Below the pieces are notes generated by a model. It saw only the letters and a list, made by a program, of their open reading frames with translations. It was not told where the DNA came from and did not search any database. A stretch of 64,000 bases of DNA from Tubulanus polymorphus (Eukaryota; Animalia; Nemertea). The position numbers were made by a program, and so were the translations under genes. This document shows positions 14,101-29,500 of the stretch, in pieces. Numbering within the stretch: the stretch's first letter is position 1; each line of letters begins with the position of its first letter. The stretch covers positions 4,898,001-4,962,000 of the forward strand of contig NC_134028.1 in NCBI RefSeq assembly GCF_964204645.1, in the 5' to 3' direction.

Positions 14101-16727
14101 TGTGATGGATAAGATCGAAAGTAACACTCGTAATTTGGGTGATTTGAGTTTGAAAGTAGGAACGCAACACGTGAATAATCTGGATGAGAGAGAGTTATAT
14201 ATAACGAACAAGGAGGAAGAAGTGAAACGTCAGTATCTACAGCAGATTACATCTAAGAATAGCCATTGATTATTGACTGAAGACTTGTAGTTATTTTGGT
14301 TTCCATAGACAAGTGGCTGTCCAATATCAATAGTAATATCAATCAACTTGTAGTTATTTTTCTCTAAGGTTTAAGAGATCAACTTCAAAAACAACAGGAA
14401 GAAAATGAACGCGAGAGAAATCGACTACAAGATCTCATCTCGAAGATGGAACTTCAAATGAGAGAGCAAAGCAAACAGCTCGAAGCTGTAAGTAATGTGA
14501 CAAGTATTGAGATCAGTGTTCGTAGGATTTTGTTTTATTGATGTGTGATTCTAATCGCAGGAACGTTGGAAAACTAAACAGGAGCAGAATAAACTAGATT
14601 CGATGCAAATGGCGCTGGAAGAAGAAAAAAGAATGGTTTTAGAACAACTTAGTCGTGAAAGACAAGACGTTCAGAGAGCTAAAGTAACAAGACAAATTAT
14701 GTTGTAGATATTTATAATTTGCAGGGTTAGTTCTAGTACTAGGGAGTCTCAACAATTGACTGTATAATTGTAGGATAACATACTGGCTGAACAGAAGCAA
14801 GCGATGGTTCAACTTTACCAAGAACGTCGAGAATTAGCTGAAGAGAAAACGCAGTTTGCCGTACAGCAAAGAATGTTTGATGAGAAAACGCAGAAAGGAG
14901 CCGTCAGATCTATGCAGGTATGAGACAATAGTTAGAAGCATGGGCCAGCTCGGCATTTCAACTTAATTGCGCATGATGTGCAGTTTGTACTGCTAGATCT
15001 TAGAAATTTGTACTTCATGTAATTTGAAATATAACTTTTGATGATATAAAGCCACAACAAAATCACAACAATAACATACCCAGAAATCCATCCTTGAGAT
15101 TTGTATAATACATCACAATCAATTTCACTGAGTCACTTCAGCCTCATCTGGTATAAGTTATGAAATAAACTATGTACAGTATGATCATTCGACTCTGCCA
15201 AAAGTCTATTAATTTGAAATATGATTTTTGATTTGGTTAAATGTTAGCAAGTTAGAGTTACGTAATAACTACTTCCCCGCTCATATGGATATGGCAAGAA
15301 CATCCCTATGCTCAATCAATTGCTGACTACATCTAGACATTCAGGGAAGGAGATAATTTACTCACGACGAAATTGAATGTCGGACCTTAACTCGGGGGTG
15401 GTATGTTGTAGGCTGATGTAGAGTATGAAGCTGCTGTGAAGAGTATCGCTGACGAACGCAGTAAATTAACGATAACCAGCGACGAATTGAAACGTGAAAA
15501 AACTCGACTGATCGCTGAGAAATCGGATCTAGAAAAACAACAACGATCTCTGAATGAAGAGAAAACCAGATTGACCGCGTTAGCCGATCAAATGAAGAGT
15601 AGATCTGAGGAAGTTGAAAAAATGGCCGAGGTAAAGAACTTATCGGTAGTTTAAACTAACTGACTGAAAAATTCGAAATATTAATTTCGCTTTTAAAAGA
15701 ATTAAGATATCTTGATTATACTTGATCTAGTTCTACAAATTAACTCTGAGTCAACTCATTGCAAATGAACTAATTCAAGAGTTCACACAACTGGATCAAG
15801 AAAGAGACATGGGATTAGCCAATTTGTCAAAAACTGACATTAATCATACTCAAAGACTTAAGAATAATTGGTGCCTGCTTAGTTTATGGGTTTATAATGT
15901 GTTATTTTATTTATAGACAGCAGCTCACACCCGGGATGAAGGCCAGCAAGCACTCGCGTTGAGTCGTAAGATCGAAGCTGAACAGGCCGGTCGTCTACAA
16001 ACTATTCAGTCTCAATTAACGGCACTACATTCTAAAGAAAAACAAATTGCTCAGGTTTGTATTAGGCAATAAGAGATTCCTTGTGATTAAGAGTCGTTTT
16101 CTTGAGTGATCTTAATTCTCTGTTTTCATACATTACAGGAGCGTTTGAATCTTGCTAAAGAGATGAGAGAAATTGAAGATGCTCGTCATTCAATGTTATG
16201 CACGGCCTGTAAATCATCATTGCACAATCAGACCCCATTGAGTCAAGGAGTTCAAGGTAAATACAGCAGGGTTGATTAAGATTGATGTTCAATCTTTGTT
16301 TAGACAGGGATTAATTTCGAAACAATTACTTGGTTAAATTTGACTCAAATCATGCAAGTTAGATTAGGATATTTGCAATGCTTTACTGATAACCCTGGGT
16401 CTTGTTTATTTTGTAGGAAGCCAGAATAAATCGAATGGTCTAGTAGGAATGAATGGAGCCTGGTCTGTTATAGATCAGACTCAGTCTGTACACATCGGTG
16501 GTCAGTATTTATCCAGAACTATCGAATTAGATCGTGCTTTACGAATCTGGGAAATTGAGGCTGAAAAGGTGAGATTTAATATCTGCAAGTTTTAGATTAA
16601 TTCTGGTTTAATCTGAATTCGTAACTTGACAATTTTCTCCCATGTTTTTCAGGATAAGCATTTTCTCGATGATCAGGAAGTTTTCTTGGAAGCGATAAAG
16701 CGAGCGCCGTATCACAAACAGCCGTAG
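8156..16727 (+). CDS. FBF1: Fas-binding factor 1 (distal appendage/transition fibre coiled-coil protein)
   Basis: Many small exons, e.g. 8156-8164 (ATG AAT TCA), 8330-8417 (LDDALGDLLGG), 8806-8907 and 9153 onward (SDADPASLAKQLE/DLDDMDAHLFG), 12784-12888, 13113 onward (IKRLELEKQHIQSLL...AH), KDQELEAVTNVQSHTRSLQFVMDKIE, long coiled coil, last exon 16653-16727 (DKHFLDDQEVFLEAIKRAPYH). The start exon is inferred. Confidence 0.9.
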
Positions 16728-17802
16728 AGACAGGAGATCAGAGATACCCTACATACAACTACCAAGCTGCCAACTGTACCTGATTCTCAGAGTGGGATAT
16801 AGAACTAAATATAACGGATCTGGGAACTGTTTACAATGGAACAAGTTACGCAGGTTTATTCTGATGAGGATATTTGTAATGGAAATAATTTAGTCATAGT
16901 TTTTCCGGTCTTTAGACTAAGCCAAAAACATTGTTTTGGTGGACATCGATTGTAGTAAACCCTATAGGCCTATCCCGCATGTAGCTCAGTTAAGGTCTAT
17001 GTATTCGGATGTATATAAGAGCTACCATGAATGAATAATTGTTAGTGAATGTTTTAGAAATCTTGGGGTGTAGCATCAAACTATGATATGAAGTTCTTTC
17101 ATTTTTGCCCTGTGCCATACATATACAGTTGTTCTTCAAATTTTTATGGAAAAAATAATTTTGGGGTTTATATGATGGGTTGCTGCACCTCAGAAATCGT
17201 ATCTTCATTTATACTTATCTTCTTGGAGATATTTTGTACAATCAATTTTATTTATACCTAAAGAAATTAGAAGTAGGGCGTACAAGAAGTCTGGCGATTG
17301 GATGTATTTTTTATACTGTCAAGTTATTTGTTACTAGTGATTAATGATGCATGTATATCTGTTTTTATAATTTTTACTAAGATAGTCTATTCAGGAAATA
17401 AAAGTATTTTTATATCGGACAAAATCTATTTTCTATTGATGTTTTTATTTGTGTTCTTAGATGTTAAGTGATTATTTGTTCCCGGCGTGTACCGGTGTAC
17501 ATGTACGCCGTCATGTGGCACCCTCTGTGAGGCAGAAGACTATTTTGTTGGTGTATCATTCACTGATGTGGTAAGTTTGGATCCAATCGATCATGTGATA
17601 CACGGTCGAGTACAGAGCAGCAAATTCACCAACAGAATTACCTACCGAATGACGTCATTTATGGAATTCCCGGGGATGCCGTTGTTCAGTTTGACAGTTA
17701 CTACTTCACTCGCCTCAGTTCTGCTCCTGCTGCTGCTGTTACAGCATCGCTGCAGGTTATGCCATTGATGCTGGCGAGCATTAGTTGAAGGACTATTGAA
17801 AC

Positions 17803-20800
17803 ATGCTTCTGAAGGAATATCGAATATGTATGCCTTTATCGGTGGAAGAGGTAAAAAAGCACATTTTATTGTTGTCACTCAACCCTCAAAAGTTGCAGAA
17901 GACTAAGTAAGAGAGAGAGGATGGAAACTGGAAATAAGTTGGGGATCAAAGTTTTGGTAAAAGAAACAAAGAAAGGGCGACCAAGTCGAAAGACAGTTCT
18001 TCTGGGAGTTCTTGACAATCAACTCACTTTTATTCCCAATTGGCAATAGCCTTGTAACTTTGCGAAATTGACGTTTCTCAAAACTTGAATCATGTCTTAA
18101 AAGGTCTTTCTAATAAAAAGGACCATTAATTTCGAACTTGTTAAGTTAAATCTTTAAGTTGAGGTAAATTGTAAGAATGAAAACTAATTTCAAGCCAACC
18201 AGAACTGATAACTGAAATACAACAGACTCCATAAATTTGATAGTTGAATCAGTGTAATAATAATGCAGTGGTAATTACATTACAGTATCGTATCGGTCAG
18301 TTATACATGATCGCTAAACACAGTAATGAACAGAGCGCTAAAGGTGAAGGGGTCGAGGTCGTTAAGAATGAACCGGTCAATCATGAACAACACGGCAGTG
18401 GTCAATATACAGAAAAACGTATTCATCTATCCAGGTATTTATCATCTGATCACAGCTTTGAATGAATCGCCTCCTATTATAAAACCTCATTAGACGATAT
18501 TATTGTTTTCAGTCGGTTGCCGACTTGGATTCAGGGAATGATTCCTCATGTGTTTTACATCACGGAAAAGGCGTGGAATTTCTACCCTTATACGATCACA
18601 GGTAAACTGCTGTGCTAGAACAATCTTTTTCTATCTGTTTTAATTTTGGTTTTAAAGGATGATTTTGTGAATATTAATTCTTTTCTCTTATGTTTTTCAT
18701 GTGGAATTCAAATTTCTACAGAATATACAGTAAGTATTGTTTGTATTGTTGGTCTTTCTCCCGCCTCTCTCTCCTCTCTCCCTCTCTTCTCACCATCTCA
18801 CCTCCCTCTCCCCTCTCTCGCCTCCCTCTCCTCTCTCACCTCTCCTTTCTCTCCCCTCTCTCCTCTCTTCCCCCTCTTCTCCACCCTCTCCTTTCTCTAT
18901 CCTCTCCCCCACTCTCTCTCTCATTACTCTGGCGGTATTTTGATGTTAATGTCCCTGTGTATAATTTCTATTCACCCGCGACTGTATTTCACCATTCAAT
19001 GAGTTCTATTAGTTCGCAGTCACGAAGCCCATCATATTTTCTGATTAATTCTTTGTTGCTTCGACTGAGAAATCAATGAAAGAGAAACAAAGACAATTTT
19101 AATGAATAATTTCTTCATCACCGATATAATGCGCCAGTTCGAATATAATTTCCGCAGGAGAACATTTTCGGACCATACTTTATTTTCGATATACCGGGTA
19201 ATCAAAAGGCAACTTGAGGTTAGAGTTGTCTACTTATTTTAAAATTCTAGTACTGAGTATTATTATAAGGACCAATCAGGAATTGGAAAGAGTCCAATAT
19301 TCTCAATGATGCCCTTTTTTAGGGTGCATCACTTCATGAATCGGCCTCTGTTGAATCTGAACTCATCACCGTGGATTTGGTTCCAGTTGATCTATTTCCG
19401 GGAGCAGTAGCCGCCCTGGGTGGATCCATATTTCTAACATATGATATTTTGATCGACTTATCGATTTTTCGGTGATGAAAAATCACCCTCTCGATCAATG
19501 CCGCGACTGCCGCTGACGTAAAGGTCTTCTCCGCATCATCATATATGATGGTGTTGTTACCTTGACGTTGTAATTGATGTTGTGCGGATGATAGGTTCGC
19601 TGATATATTACACTGATATCATTGATCTCATGTAATCACCGCAGAAAGTGACAGCGGTGAATCAATTGAAATCTGATCTCGGTTCAGTCATTGTTTTATT
19701 ACACCGAGATCGAATGAAGCTTCTTATAACGATTTCTAGAGGAGTAGGACAGAAAACGGTAAACGCCCAGCTTTGCACTCCTCTCTCAGTGAACCACTAA
19801 CCTCTTGTAGTTACTGAATCGGAATTTTCAGTTTATGTCTGAGTTCGGGCTGTCTTTGATTTCCATACATTTGTTTGTGGGACATTCTTTAAAAACCTTA
19901 ATGTCTGGCTTCATGCTGTCTGACCTTAATACATACGGGAGTTAAAAATGTCATCTTACGGAATAACTCATTGTCCTTTAAGCCAATGACTGGTTCATAT
20001 CCTGCCGGAGTTGTCCTGATATTAAGCGCCCTTTCCGCGGTGGATGTTCAAAGATTTTCAGCTAATGCTCCTTCTCAAGCTGCTGCTATAATTGAATTCT
20101 TTCTTTTCAAGTGCGCGCGCGCTTATTGATAAGAACCACTCGATGATAACGGATTATTCTGTGAAGATTTCCAGCTCAATTTTCATGAAAATCTAGATCC
20201 ATCATGAACGTTAAACTGTCACATGCAATGACTGCCATTATGATTTAAGAGATTATATATTTCCGCGCTGTAAGATATCATCATACTCACGAAATCGGTT
20301 TTCTTTTATTTCAAACCGTAGCCGTATATGGACGGAGCAATGATTGAGGAGTTGATATAGCTATAGTTCAGTGTATTTGTACCAGGTACTGGTTAGTGTG
20401 ATCAGTCTAGAGACAATATTTATACAGAGCAGTTCATTTCTAATTATCCCTGATGAAGAAATCTAATTATATTCATCGTGAATCTTAATCTAGTGTTCAT
20501 TAATCTAATTTTCGTTCAGTGAAATATAAATGATTGTCGCTGATCTACCGGTAGATGTAAGTCCTATATATAGCTGATCAGATTTTTTGCGAATGTTAAT
20601 GGAGGATGGAAAATGTATCTTGTGAGTTTGATTAATAGATTTGCTAGCTGCATTTGAGGTACTTTTTGAGAGGTTGTTTTGGTTTTGTTGTTTCATTTTG
20701 TGAATTGAAATCGGGGCAAAAGCAACAACATAAAAGCAAGTTGCAGGAATAAGAAATTAGACTAGGTCTAATGGAGGTTTGAACAATTGTATTCGTTATG

Positions 20801-23800
20801 ATTAACAAACAAAATGTGCCCCATTCGTGGAAAGTGATTAGTTTTGTGTGGTGTTATTTTCATGTTTTTGTCCGGGTAGTCGAGGCTCGAGTGGCTGCGA
20901 GGAAATTCAATAAAAACCCTCATCTGCGGTTGAATTAATGTTCGGGCGCATTATCACACAACGGACGCATGTAAAGTGTTTCGCATAAATAGTGTTTATA
21001 GCCGGAAAATTGACTTCCAAAAATACCCGCGGGGCGCTCGCAAAATACGTGAGCAAGATGACAGACGGATGAAACAAATTCATCAGCGCTTCATGTCAAA
21101 AATATGAAGATCTATATACAATCGTATTCATGGATTATATGTTTGGAAACATTGGAAATGAGAAATTACTATTAAGCGATTTGAGCCATTGTGCGTTCAA
21201 CCAGTATTCCTTCAGTGTCTTCAGTATAAGGATATGTATGGGAACATTCGAAATGGGAAATAACTCTTTTAAGTAACAGAACTATTCAGTATTCCATCAA
21301 TGACTTCAGTATTCCTGAAGATGAATATTAGGATATACGATGTGCATGTATATTTGGTGACTGAATTGCACATCGTAATTTTATAGGCCGATTATTGTGA
21401 ATATGTCATCTTGTTTGTTCATATTTTCCACTGTCAGTTTATGATGAAATGAAGAATATAAAGGAAAGTCGTTAGGTGCTGTGTATGACACTGTATGCGA
21501 TATATCACCACCTCTTGTTTCATTATAGTTGATTTATACAGTGATTACTGATAACATTTTCCAATAAACTATTATCTATTAATCTACCTTTGACCTTCAT
21601 TTGTCATTCTAGTCTTATTGATAAATTGAAGTCGCTCATTATTCATGTCTTTATTTGATCGTTTAAATCATACAAATTGCTGCTGCCACAAGAGAATAAG
21701 TCCTTGAAACAAAGTCTTGATAATCTTCGTATCAAAATTTTTATTTACATCGGGCACCCTAGGGTTGGCCTGGTCAATAAACATGGTAACCCTGATCTGG
21801 TCACTAAGCATGGTAGGCCTAGGTTTGGTCTGGTTGATAAACATGGACATCCTAGGGTTGGCCTGGTTGTTAATATCAGGTGACCAGCTCTAGACCAATC
21901 AGAACCTAGTAAGCATGGGAACCCGAGGTATGGTCTATTTGCATGTGATCAGCTATAGACATATCAGAATGGTTTTTGGTCAGCCATGATGCGTTTATAT
22001 CAGTATGCAATAAAGATATTTTGCGTCAACTCTTGTATAGAGTTTGAAAATTAGAATGAATGAAGAGAACACTTAATCAGCCTTGAATCTAATACATTGA
22101 ATGACATTTAATTCAACTGTCAACTTATAACTCATAGAACAATTGTCAATTGATAATAAACCCGTAAATATAGAACTTTTGAATTTGCATATTTGATGCT
22201 GTAGTTGATATTTTGTCCACAGTTTTTCTTTTTGTTTTATTCATGAGATTTTAATGATTGAATATTTAATTCCTTGGTACGTTTTTAGAAATAGACACGA
22301 AGTGAACAACAACCTTTTGAATGTAAGAAATTCGCTATCAGTCATTTAAATGTAGAATCTTATAATCATTTCTGGATGATTTTAAAACAGGGTGAAATGA
22401 ATATATCTGATCTGGTGCGGTTTAGAAAATCAATGCCTCCTCAATCAGCACTGCACGGTACTTATTCATATTCAATTATTCTATAATTTCAATTTTGTCA
22501 GCTTAATTAGCTCTTGTTTCAAATTTAAATTTCATGAGAATAGCGTCTAATTTCGAGTCATCATTTGATATCGATATCGAAGATTCAAATTTACTTAGAA
22601 ATTTTCCGAAAGAACCGATATTTTGATCACCTGCCATATTGCAAGACTAAGCCGATAGTACCATCGAGAATACTGAGTACTCTCTCTTCTCTCCCTCCCC
22701 TCTCTCCCTCTCCTCTCTCCCCCTCTTTTCGCCGTGACATGAAATTTACTTTATCCATTTACTAAATTCATTCTGTCGTTGATTCTGTGAATATTTGTTT
22801 GACGTTCAACCTTTTACTACCAACTCTTATGTCGATAGCAGTGTGTGTGTGTGCAAGAGACACAAGTGAAAGCATCAGCAGCAGCAGCAGAAGTGATTAG
22901 TGACGAAACTAGTTCTCAGGTGCATGTATATAATTAGCCAGTATTCAGTTTGTAAAATAAGAAGTGGTCTCTGATTGAATCGATTGATTCCTGCGCTGTT
23001 GCTCGCGACGGTCGTCGTCCTCTCGCCGTCGTCGTTTTCTAAGAACGAAAACGACTTCGTCTTAAAAGCAATTTTCACTTCCGGCTTTATATTCAATCAA
23101 TAGGCGTTAAAATCGCGATGATGGTTTTATTGATTGAGGTTTAGTGGAAACTTTCTTTATCATTTTTGCCAGCAGCACCAGCAGCTGCTGTTGGTGCTGC
23201 CGGTACTGGTGCTGTGATGATATATTCATATTTTATTCTGATCTCTTTTGAAAGCAGTTTGTGGGAAGCTTCGTCGAACTGTTAAGTCACATCTGCTCAG
23301 AGAGGAGCTGAAGATGGGCTTTTGCACCTCTCTTTTTTTGCACCTCTTATTTTTTTGCACCTCTCATTTTTCATGAATGTTTCTCTTCAATTCAACGCTC
23401 AGTTGTTGTGGGCGGAAACTGGTTTTTTTCTGTAAATCCATTAGGAAGAAGTTAAAACCGGTTAATCAGTTGATCAGTCGATGTTCTATCGACCAGAAAC
23501 TGAAAATAGACATCAGTCAATGAATGATGTAAAGCTGAATGAACCGTGTGGGAGGCGGGTATCCATCAGAGCAACTGCGAGCAAATTAAGTATAATGAAA
23601 TATTTCGAAAGTAATGAAATTTCAAAATTAGATTTCATTGTCGGCGATTACTGCAAAATGCTGAATACGATCAACTCAAAGATTTTGTCGACTGAAAGAA
23701 TTAATTCAAGACTGAATTCTTAACATGGAATCTTCAGTGATTTACCGAGAGAGATTTACGCAATGTTTGTACGATGAGTATTCGCGAGTTAATTTCTCAA

Positions 23801-26534
23801 GGGATAACAACTCATAGCCTAATCCAACTACGCCATGGCGCGGTGCCACGTACATTCCCTTCACGGTTCGCTGTTTAATTCATTCAGACCAGAAGGAGGA
23901 ATATCTAGATTATTCAACTGTCGTCGCATGCGCGTAGCTGTATTCCGCTGTAGTTTTAGGCAATTCTTCGAGAAAACAGAATGTTCCATTCCATTACTGA
24001 GAGACAATAACGCTGTAATGATCTATTTATTACCGGCTACTTCTTACTTGAAAGGTCGCATATATTTGCTCTCGTTTCTTCTCCGCGTAGGATCGGCGTT
24101 TACGTTTTTTAGCTGCAGCAGCGAATTCGCTAGCTAGAGGTTGTAGATTGTTGTAAGCCTCGGGAAGACGTCGTTCCGTTCGCGGAGATATTTTCATTCA
24201 AGGAGATTCGTGATAGGAAAACAAATTCTCGTTTTCCAAATTGACGTTTTGCGTTGTTAAAAACGACTTATCCGCCGCACCACGCACCGGAGGTCTGGGT
24301 TTTACTGGTTTGACTGGTTTAACGCTGATGTGTCACGGCGTATCGTCTGAAGCTATTGGTCATGCATTATGAACAGCAATTACGCTCATTTCCTTTGGTA
24401 CGCATTGAGAAAATTACCAGCGGAAGAAGTTCAACATTTAGGGGGAAGGTTAATTTGGTTTGATTTATTGCCCCGTAATTTGTAACGGTCTGCTGTACTC
24501 ATGATGCTGATGGTGCTGGTGGTCTAGGTGGTAGCTCCTAGCAGGACAGTTTCATGAGGAATATCAAGATCTTTTTCAACTTGGTTATAATTGAACTGGC
24601 GTCCTCCCCCAGAAATATGTATTATCAGCTCTTGAGCAATTCCCATTGAAATAACATAGATCAAAATGAATGAAAAAATTCTGCTCCCACATTATATTGT
24701 TTTAGTTGTAAGTCTAACTTTTCAAGTTAATATTATCTTCTTATGAACTAATAATAAATGAAACTAAATCATTTGTGTCTATTAATAACCTGAGGGAACT
24801 GAACTGTGATATATGTTTATAGAGTGAAAAACCAAAAATATCAAACTGTCAGAGCTCTAGAATTTGAGTGGACCACTTTTCAATTTTATTGTCGCCAGAA
24901 ATCTGTTATTTGCGGTGATAAATTCTGTTTAACGGAGCTTTCCGTAATTCTTATGGTTTCATTGATCATTTCACATTATCCGATAATGATCCATCGTGAT
25001 TTCATCTCGAGGGAAAATCGTGATTATTTGAACAGTAGATTGATAGGTGTAAATCCCGTGATACGATCAACGCTCCCCAGACGCTCATTAATTGTGACGA
25101 ATCAAAGTTTTTTCACTCGACATTTAATATCATTAATAGGATTCATAATAAATGACTCTCAGGCTCCATTAGAGAATATTAGTAATAATTTATTTCATTA
25201 TTTCATCAGTTGTATATTCTAAAACCTACACAGTGACTGTACAATAGTCTGATATTGATGATAGGTTTTGAATTACCAGACTGCAATAAAGGCACTCCCT
25301 ATTTTTTTTCTAAATTGTTTAAATTTGTGAATACCGTTAGCTTTATAGGTTCTACATGTAAACTTAAAATAAGCTGTTGAATGATAGGGTTTGAATCCTG
25401 GTGGTTTCTTGGTCGAAGGTTCTTCTCTGGTCCGCCTTTAGTTGGGAAAAAGAATCATTGAAAGTGTCCAATGCATGGCACTCAGTGGATTGAGGGGAAA
25501 AAATTCTTTTCAAAAAGCATGCAAATTTTTTTAAATAAAAGTAGCTTTCGTAATTGAAACCTAAATATAGACTGAAATGCAGCCACTTTTTCTGTTTATG
25601 ATTTTCTCTGAATTCTGAAGTTATTTTTTAGGTTTGTTAATTTTACCACAGCACTAGTTTGAAGGTGCCCGAGGTCGTGTTATGCGGCTCGTTTCATTAG
25701 CGTCAACCCCCGTGAACATTATACCGTTTGTCTTCCCTGAAATATCTCAACAATCGATAGTATTACCCGGCAGGGCTGACGGCCTAACGATACTGATGTG
25801 ATATATCTGAGATGGCCTTGAATTAATGAGTTGATTATTCTGTCTAGGTGTTGACATTACCGGAAATTGTCTTCACTCACTCGACCTACCGGCCCCTCCG
25901 CGATCATCCATCAAGCATTTATTGCCAATAACTGCTTTATCTTACTGTATGAATATTTACAATACTTCAGACGAAGGTCAAGTATTTCTATATAAGGAGT
26001 TACTACTAGTACTACACAGTTTACTAATTAAAGGGGTCACTCTGTATAGTTTGCCGTACCGTAATTGATTTATCTGTTGAAGTCTCCCGGTTTGACTCTC
26101 CAGACAGACGTTACTCTAATGGCTTCACTGAATTCATATAATGACCATGTATAGATTTTCAGACAATTAAACAGGGTGGAGCAGTAGCCGCAGTACAAAA
26201 ACACAGACCTTTACCCTTTAATGTAGTCTGCAGTCTTTATAACCACTAACTACAATATGCCACTTCTATTCACTCTAGTTCATTTTTTGATGATATTTAC
26301 GCAAACATTTCTTCGATTGATCGACGCTTAATCTGCAGATCTTATATCTGAAAGTGATCAAAGTCTCCTGTGATCTTTCAGGAGATTTTCTCGATTAAAA
26401 AAAGTGAACATTTGAGACAGGTTCCAACATTCTGTGCCGATGTGGAGTTCCTTTTTTTACAAAGGATATTTCAGAAATCCCTGTCTCGCAAATCTACCTG
26501 TTCAGTTATTTATAGGATGACATTTAGCGGCAAC

Positions 26535-26565
<31 letters not shown>

Positions 26566-29500
26566 GATATACACTGTATATGGTAAATGATGGTCATTGC
26601 TGATCTGATGTTAATTTGGCCACAGATGAATCTGTAAATGATGCGTTAAATGCTATTTTGATGGGTTAATTCATCTCTTCCGATGATTATTACCTTCATT
26701 ACCTTCATTCCCCGGATTTAACGAAATCTGAGATACAAATATTTTTGCTTTCGTTCGAGATATTTACTTACACTGCGCACATGCGAGGACGACGACGCCT
26801 CAAGCTTTCATTGGCTCATTGACTTCAATACTGTCATTACTCATCCAACTGACTGTCAGGATGTTATGAAAATATTACAAATATGAAAATGATAAATCCT
26901 TGATCCAGTTTCACATCGACTACCGCCCTATCCACAGCTATGACTCTTGTTCCATACATCAACCAATATTGAATCCAACTAATCTTAGAATTAGTTGTAA
27001 CTGAACCTACAGTTAATCAATGATCTATTTTGATTTTGATGGTGCCATTTCCACCGGGGAACATACCGCCCCCCCCCCTTCCCCCCCGAGAGATGGAATG
27101 TTTACACTGGAATCATTCTATTTGACATCGTGAAAACATCATCAGCATTAACTGAACGAATAGAAATTATAACAATCGGTGATTAGCAGGTTTTAACTGA
27201 TGAAGCAGAGGTCGATGTTGATGTGATAAACTGAAGTGATAATTAATACACTGCAGGGGTTCATAGAAATATGAACAGTAGTGGACAGACAGACAGTGGT
27301 GTCCACACCAGCAGCTTGTGGACAGACAGACAGACAGACAGAGAGTGGTATCCAGTGGTATCCACATCAGTACCATGTGGACAGACAGACTGACAGTGGT
27401 ATCCACATCAGTACCATGTGGACAGACAGACAGACAGTGGTGTCCACAACAACACCATTTGGACTGTCAAACAGACACTAACAACCACATCACCACCACG
27501 TGGACGGGCAGATGGGCAGACTGACAGACTGATACATTATCTAATGAACCCTCGGTCCCAAAAGATATTTGCAGTCTGTCAATGATGTCATGATAAAGGT
27601 AAATCTAGACGGGAGTAACATGATTAGCATGTTCGTGCAGCTCGCCTTAAAAACAATGCACACACCGCAATCTCCACACGTCATGGAGGAACTCGGCTGA
27701 AAGCATTGAGATGTATGTTACAGAAAATAAACTCAACCGTGAACCCCACCGATTCACTTATGTCATTAGCCTGTGGTAGAAGGTCTCGTTGTGTTATATC
27801 TAATTCAATGCTTCACAACGATGTAGTTTTAAAGAATTATATTTTTCCGATCTCTTTCGTTTTCGCCGCCAAAACCATCTGTGGTTCCGTGCTGTTTTAG
27901 ATAAGACGCAGATTAGCTTCACTCCCTCTTCCAGCTTCCTCTCACGCATCTCTCTAGGGGAAGATTCTAACTTCAACAAAGTTGCGTTGTCATGAAATCT
28001 ACGATGTGGAAAATTTAGACGAGTCAAAGATGAGTTTTTTTTTTTAGAAAAACATCAAACAGAACCTCTATTGTCTAATTCGGTTGTTGAACTGCAACAA
28101 AAAAACCTGATTCACTGACATTTCAGATTTCAGATAGATTACTTCTATTCAGGGATCTATTTAAAAAGAATGGACAGTTTGTACATAGAAATATTTGTTA
28201 GGGGGTAGCTGTTGTAGATAGTTCAATAAAAATCAGTAATAGCGTCATGGTTTCGGTTGTCAGTGGTTAGCGTTGTTTGATACCGACAATTCCTTCAGAG
28301 GAATATTACATTCGCTTGACAACCGACCATGGAGAACGATCACGTGTATGAAGGTGGTGCACAATTTTTTCATATTTGCTGCTGGTCTGTCGTCTGTCCG
28401 TCAGCCTGTGTTTGTTGTAGATATTGTCATGGTGATATGAGTCTCGAAACAAACAATCGTTTCAGTTTTCTTCTATTATTGTCACATTTCTCACGTGTGC
28501 TTGTTGCCTGTAATTTCTCTCTCCTCTCTCTTTTTCTCTCTCCAGCTCACATCTCCTTTCACATACATTTTTCCCTGACGTTCTATCTTTCCCCTTTCCA
28601 TCATCCTCTCTTTCTCCCATGTCTTTCGCCGCTACTTCCTTCATGCTCCCATCATCAACTAGGGGTCTGTATCTGTATCTATGCTCACTCTCAACTTCTT
28701 CACTCACTTTCTCTCTCTCTCTCATCATGCTCCACCCTTTCACTCTCATCCACATTGTGTTCAGTAATGGTGTGTCTGAGATTGTGATCATTTGGGGCTG
28801 CTACATTACTCCATTACATTCCCGCATGGAAATCAACTTGATAAGATTTCAATCATCTTTTGTGTCAATCTTCTATATACTACATCACATTAGCCTGATT
28901 GTCGACTTGCAGTAGGGTAATTGATTATACAAATAGACTTCTTGTTTGCACTAATGTAGTAATTGTTTCCGGCATAAAATGGCCGATGACTGTCTGTCTG
29001 TTGCTGTGATGAAATCAACGAAAATCTCTCTGTAATAAAAGCCACAGATGTTTTTTGATAGCCACCATTCACAAGGGATTAAATATCAACACGCAGTTCC
29101 AATGCTCATGTGAATCTATTAAAACATTGGAACAGATTTTAGAGCTAAAACTGAACAGTATAGGGTTACGCACCCCCCACTAGTCTGACATCCTGGCCCA
29201 CTAGTTCGACATACCATTGAAATTTATTTCTGAACTGTCTTCAATCGACACTATCCGCCGTCAAATAGCCCTAGAAAATAATTTCTGCAGTAAGACCTGT
29301 CCCAAGGTCTTCTTTATAGCCCACCACCTGATAGGCCTAATAATTAATTGATGACGCCACACGACCTTAGAACAAAGTGAGTCAAGAATTGATGGCCCCA
29401 GAAGCCATGTTTTATCCCGGAATAACCTGAATTTCATAGGACCATGCCCTCCTGTGAACAAATTTTTGAATTGTCTCGTTGTATACTGAATGGATTTCTG

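Noticed and set aside
18646-19079. S/L/P-rich ORFs in three frames (also 28329-28915)
   Set aside because: Translations of CT-rich low-complexity tracts.
20329-20350. miR-184-like sequence TGGACGGAGCAATGATTGAGGA
   Set aside because: Only the first 9 nt match well, and there is no complementary arm to form a precursor hairpin.
28329-28353. ccATGGAGAACGATCACGTGTATGAAG|gtggtg as an alternative PITPNC1 first exon
   Set aside because: Weak donor, and its phase-1 end is incompatible with the phase-0 exon at 34354.
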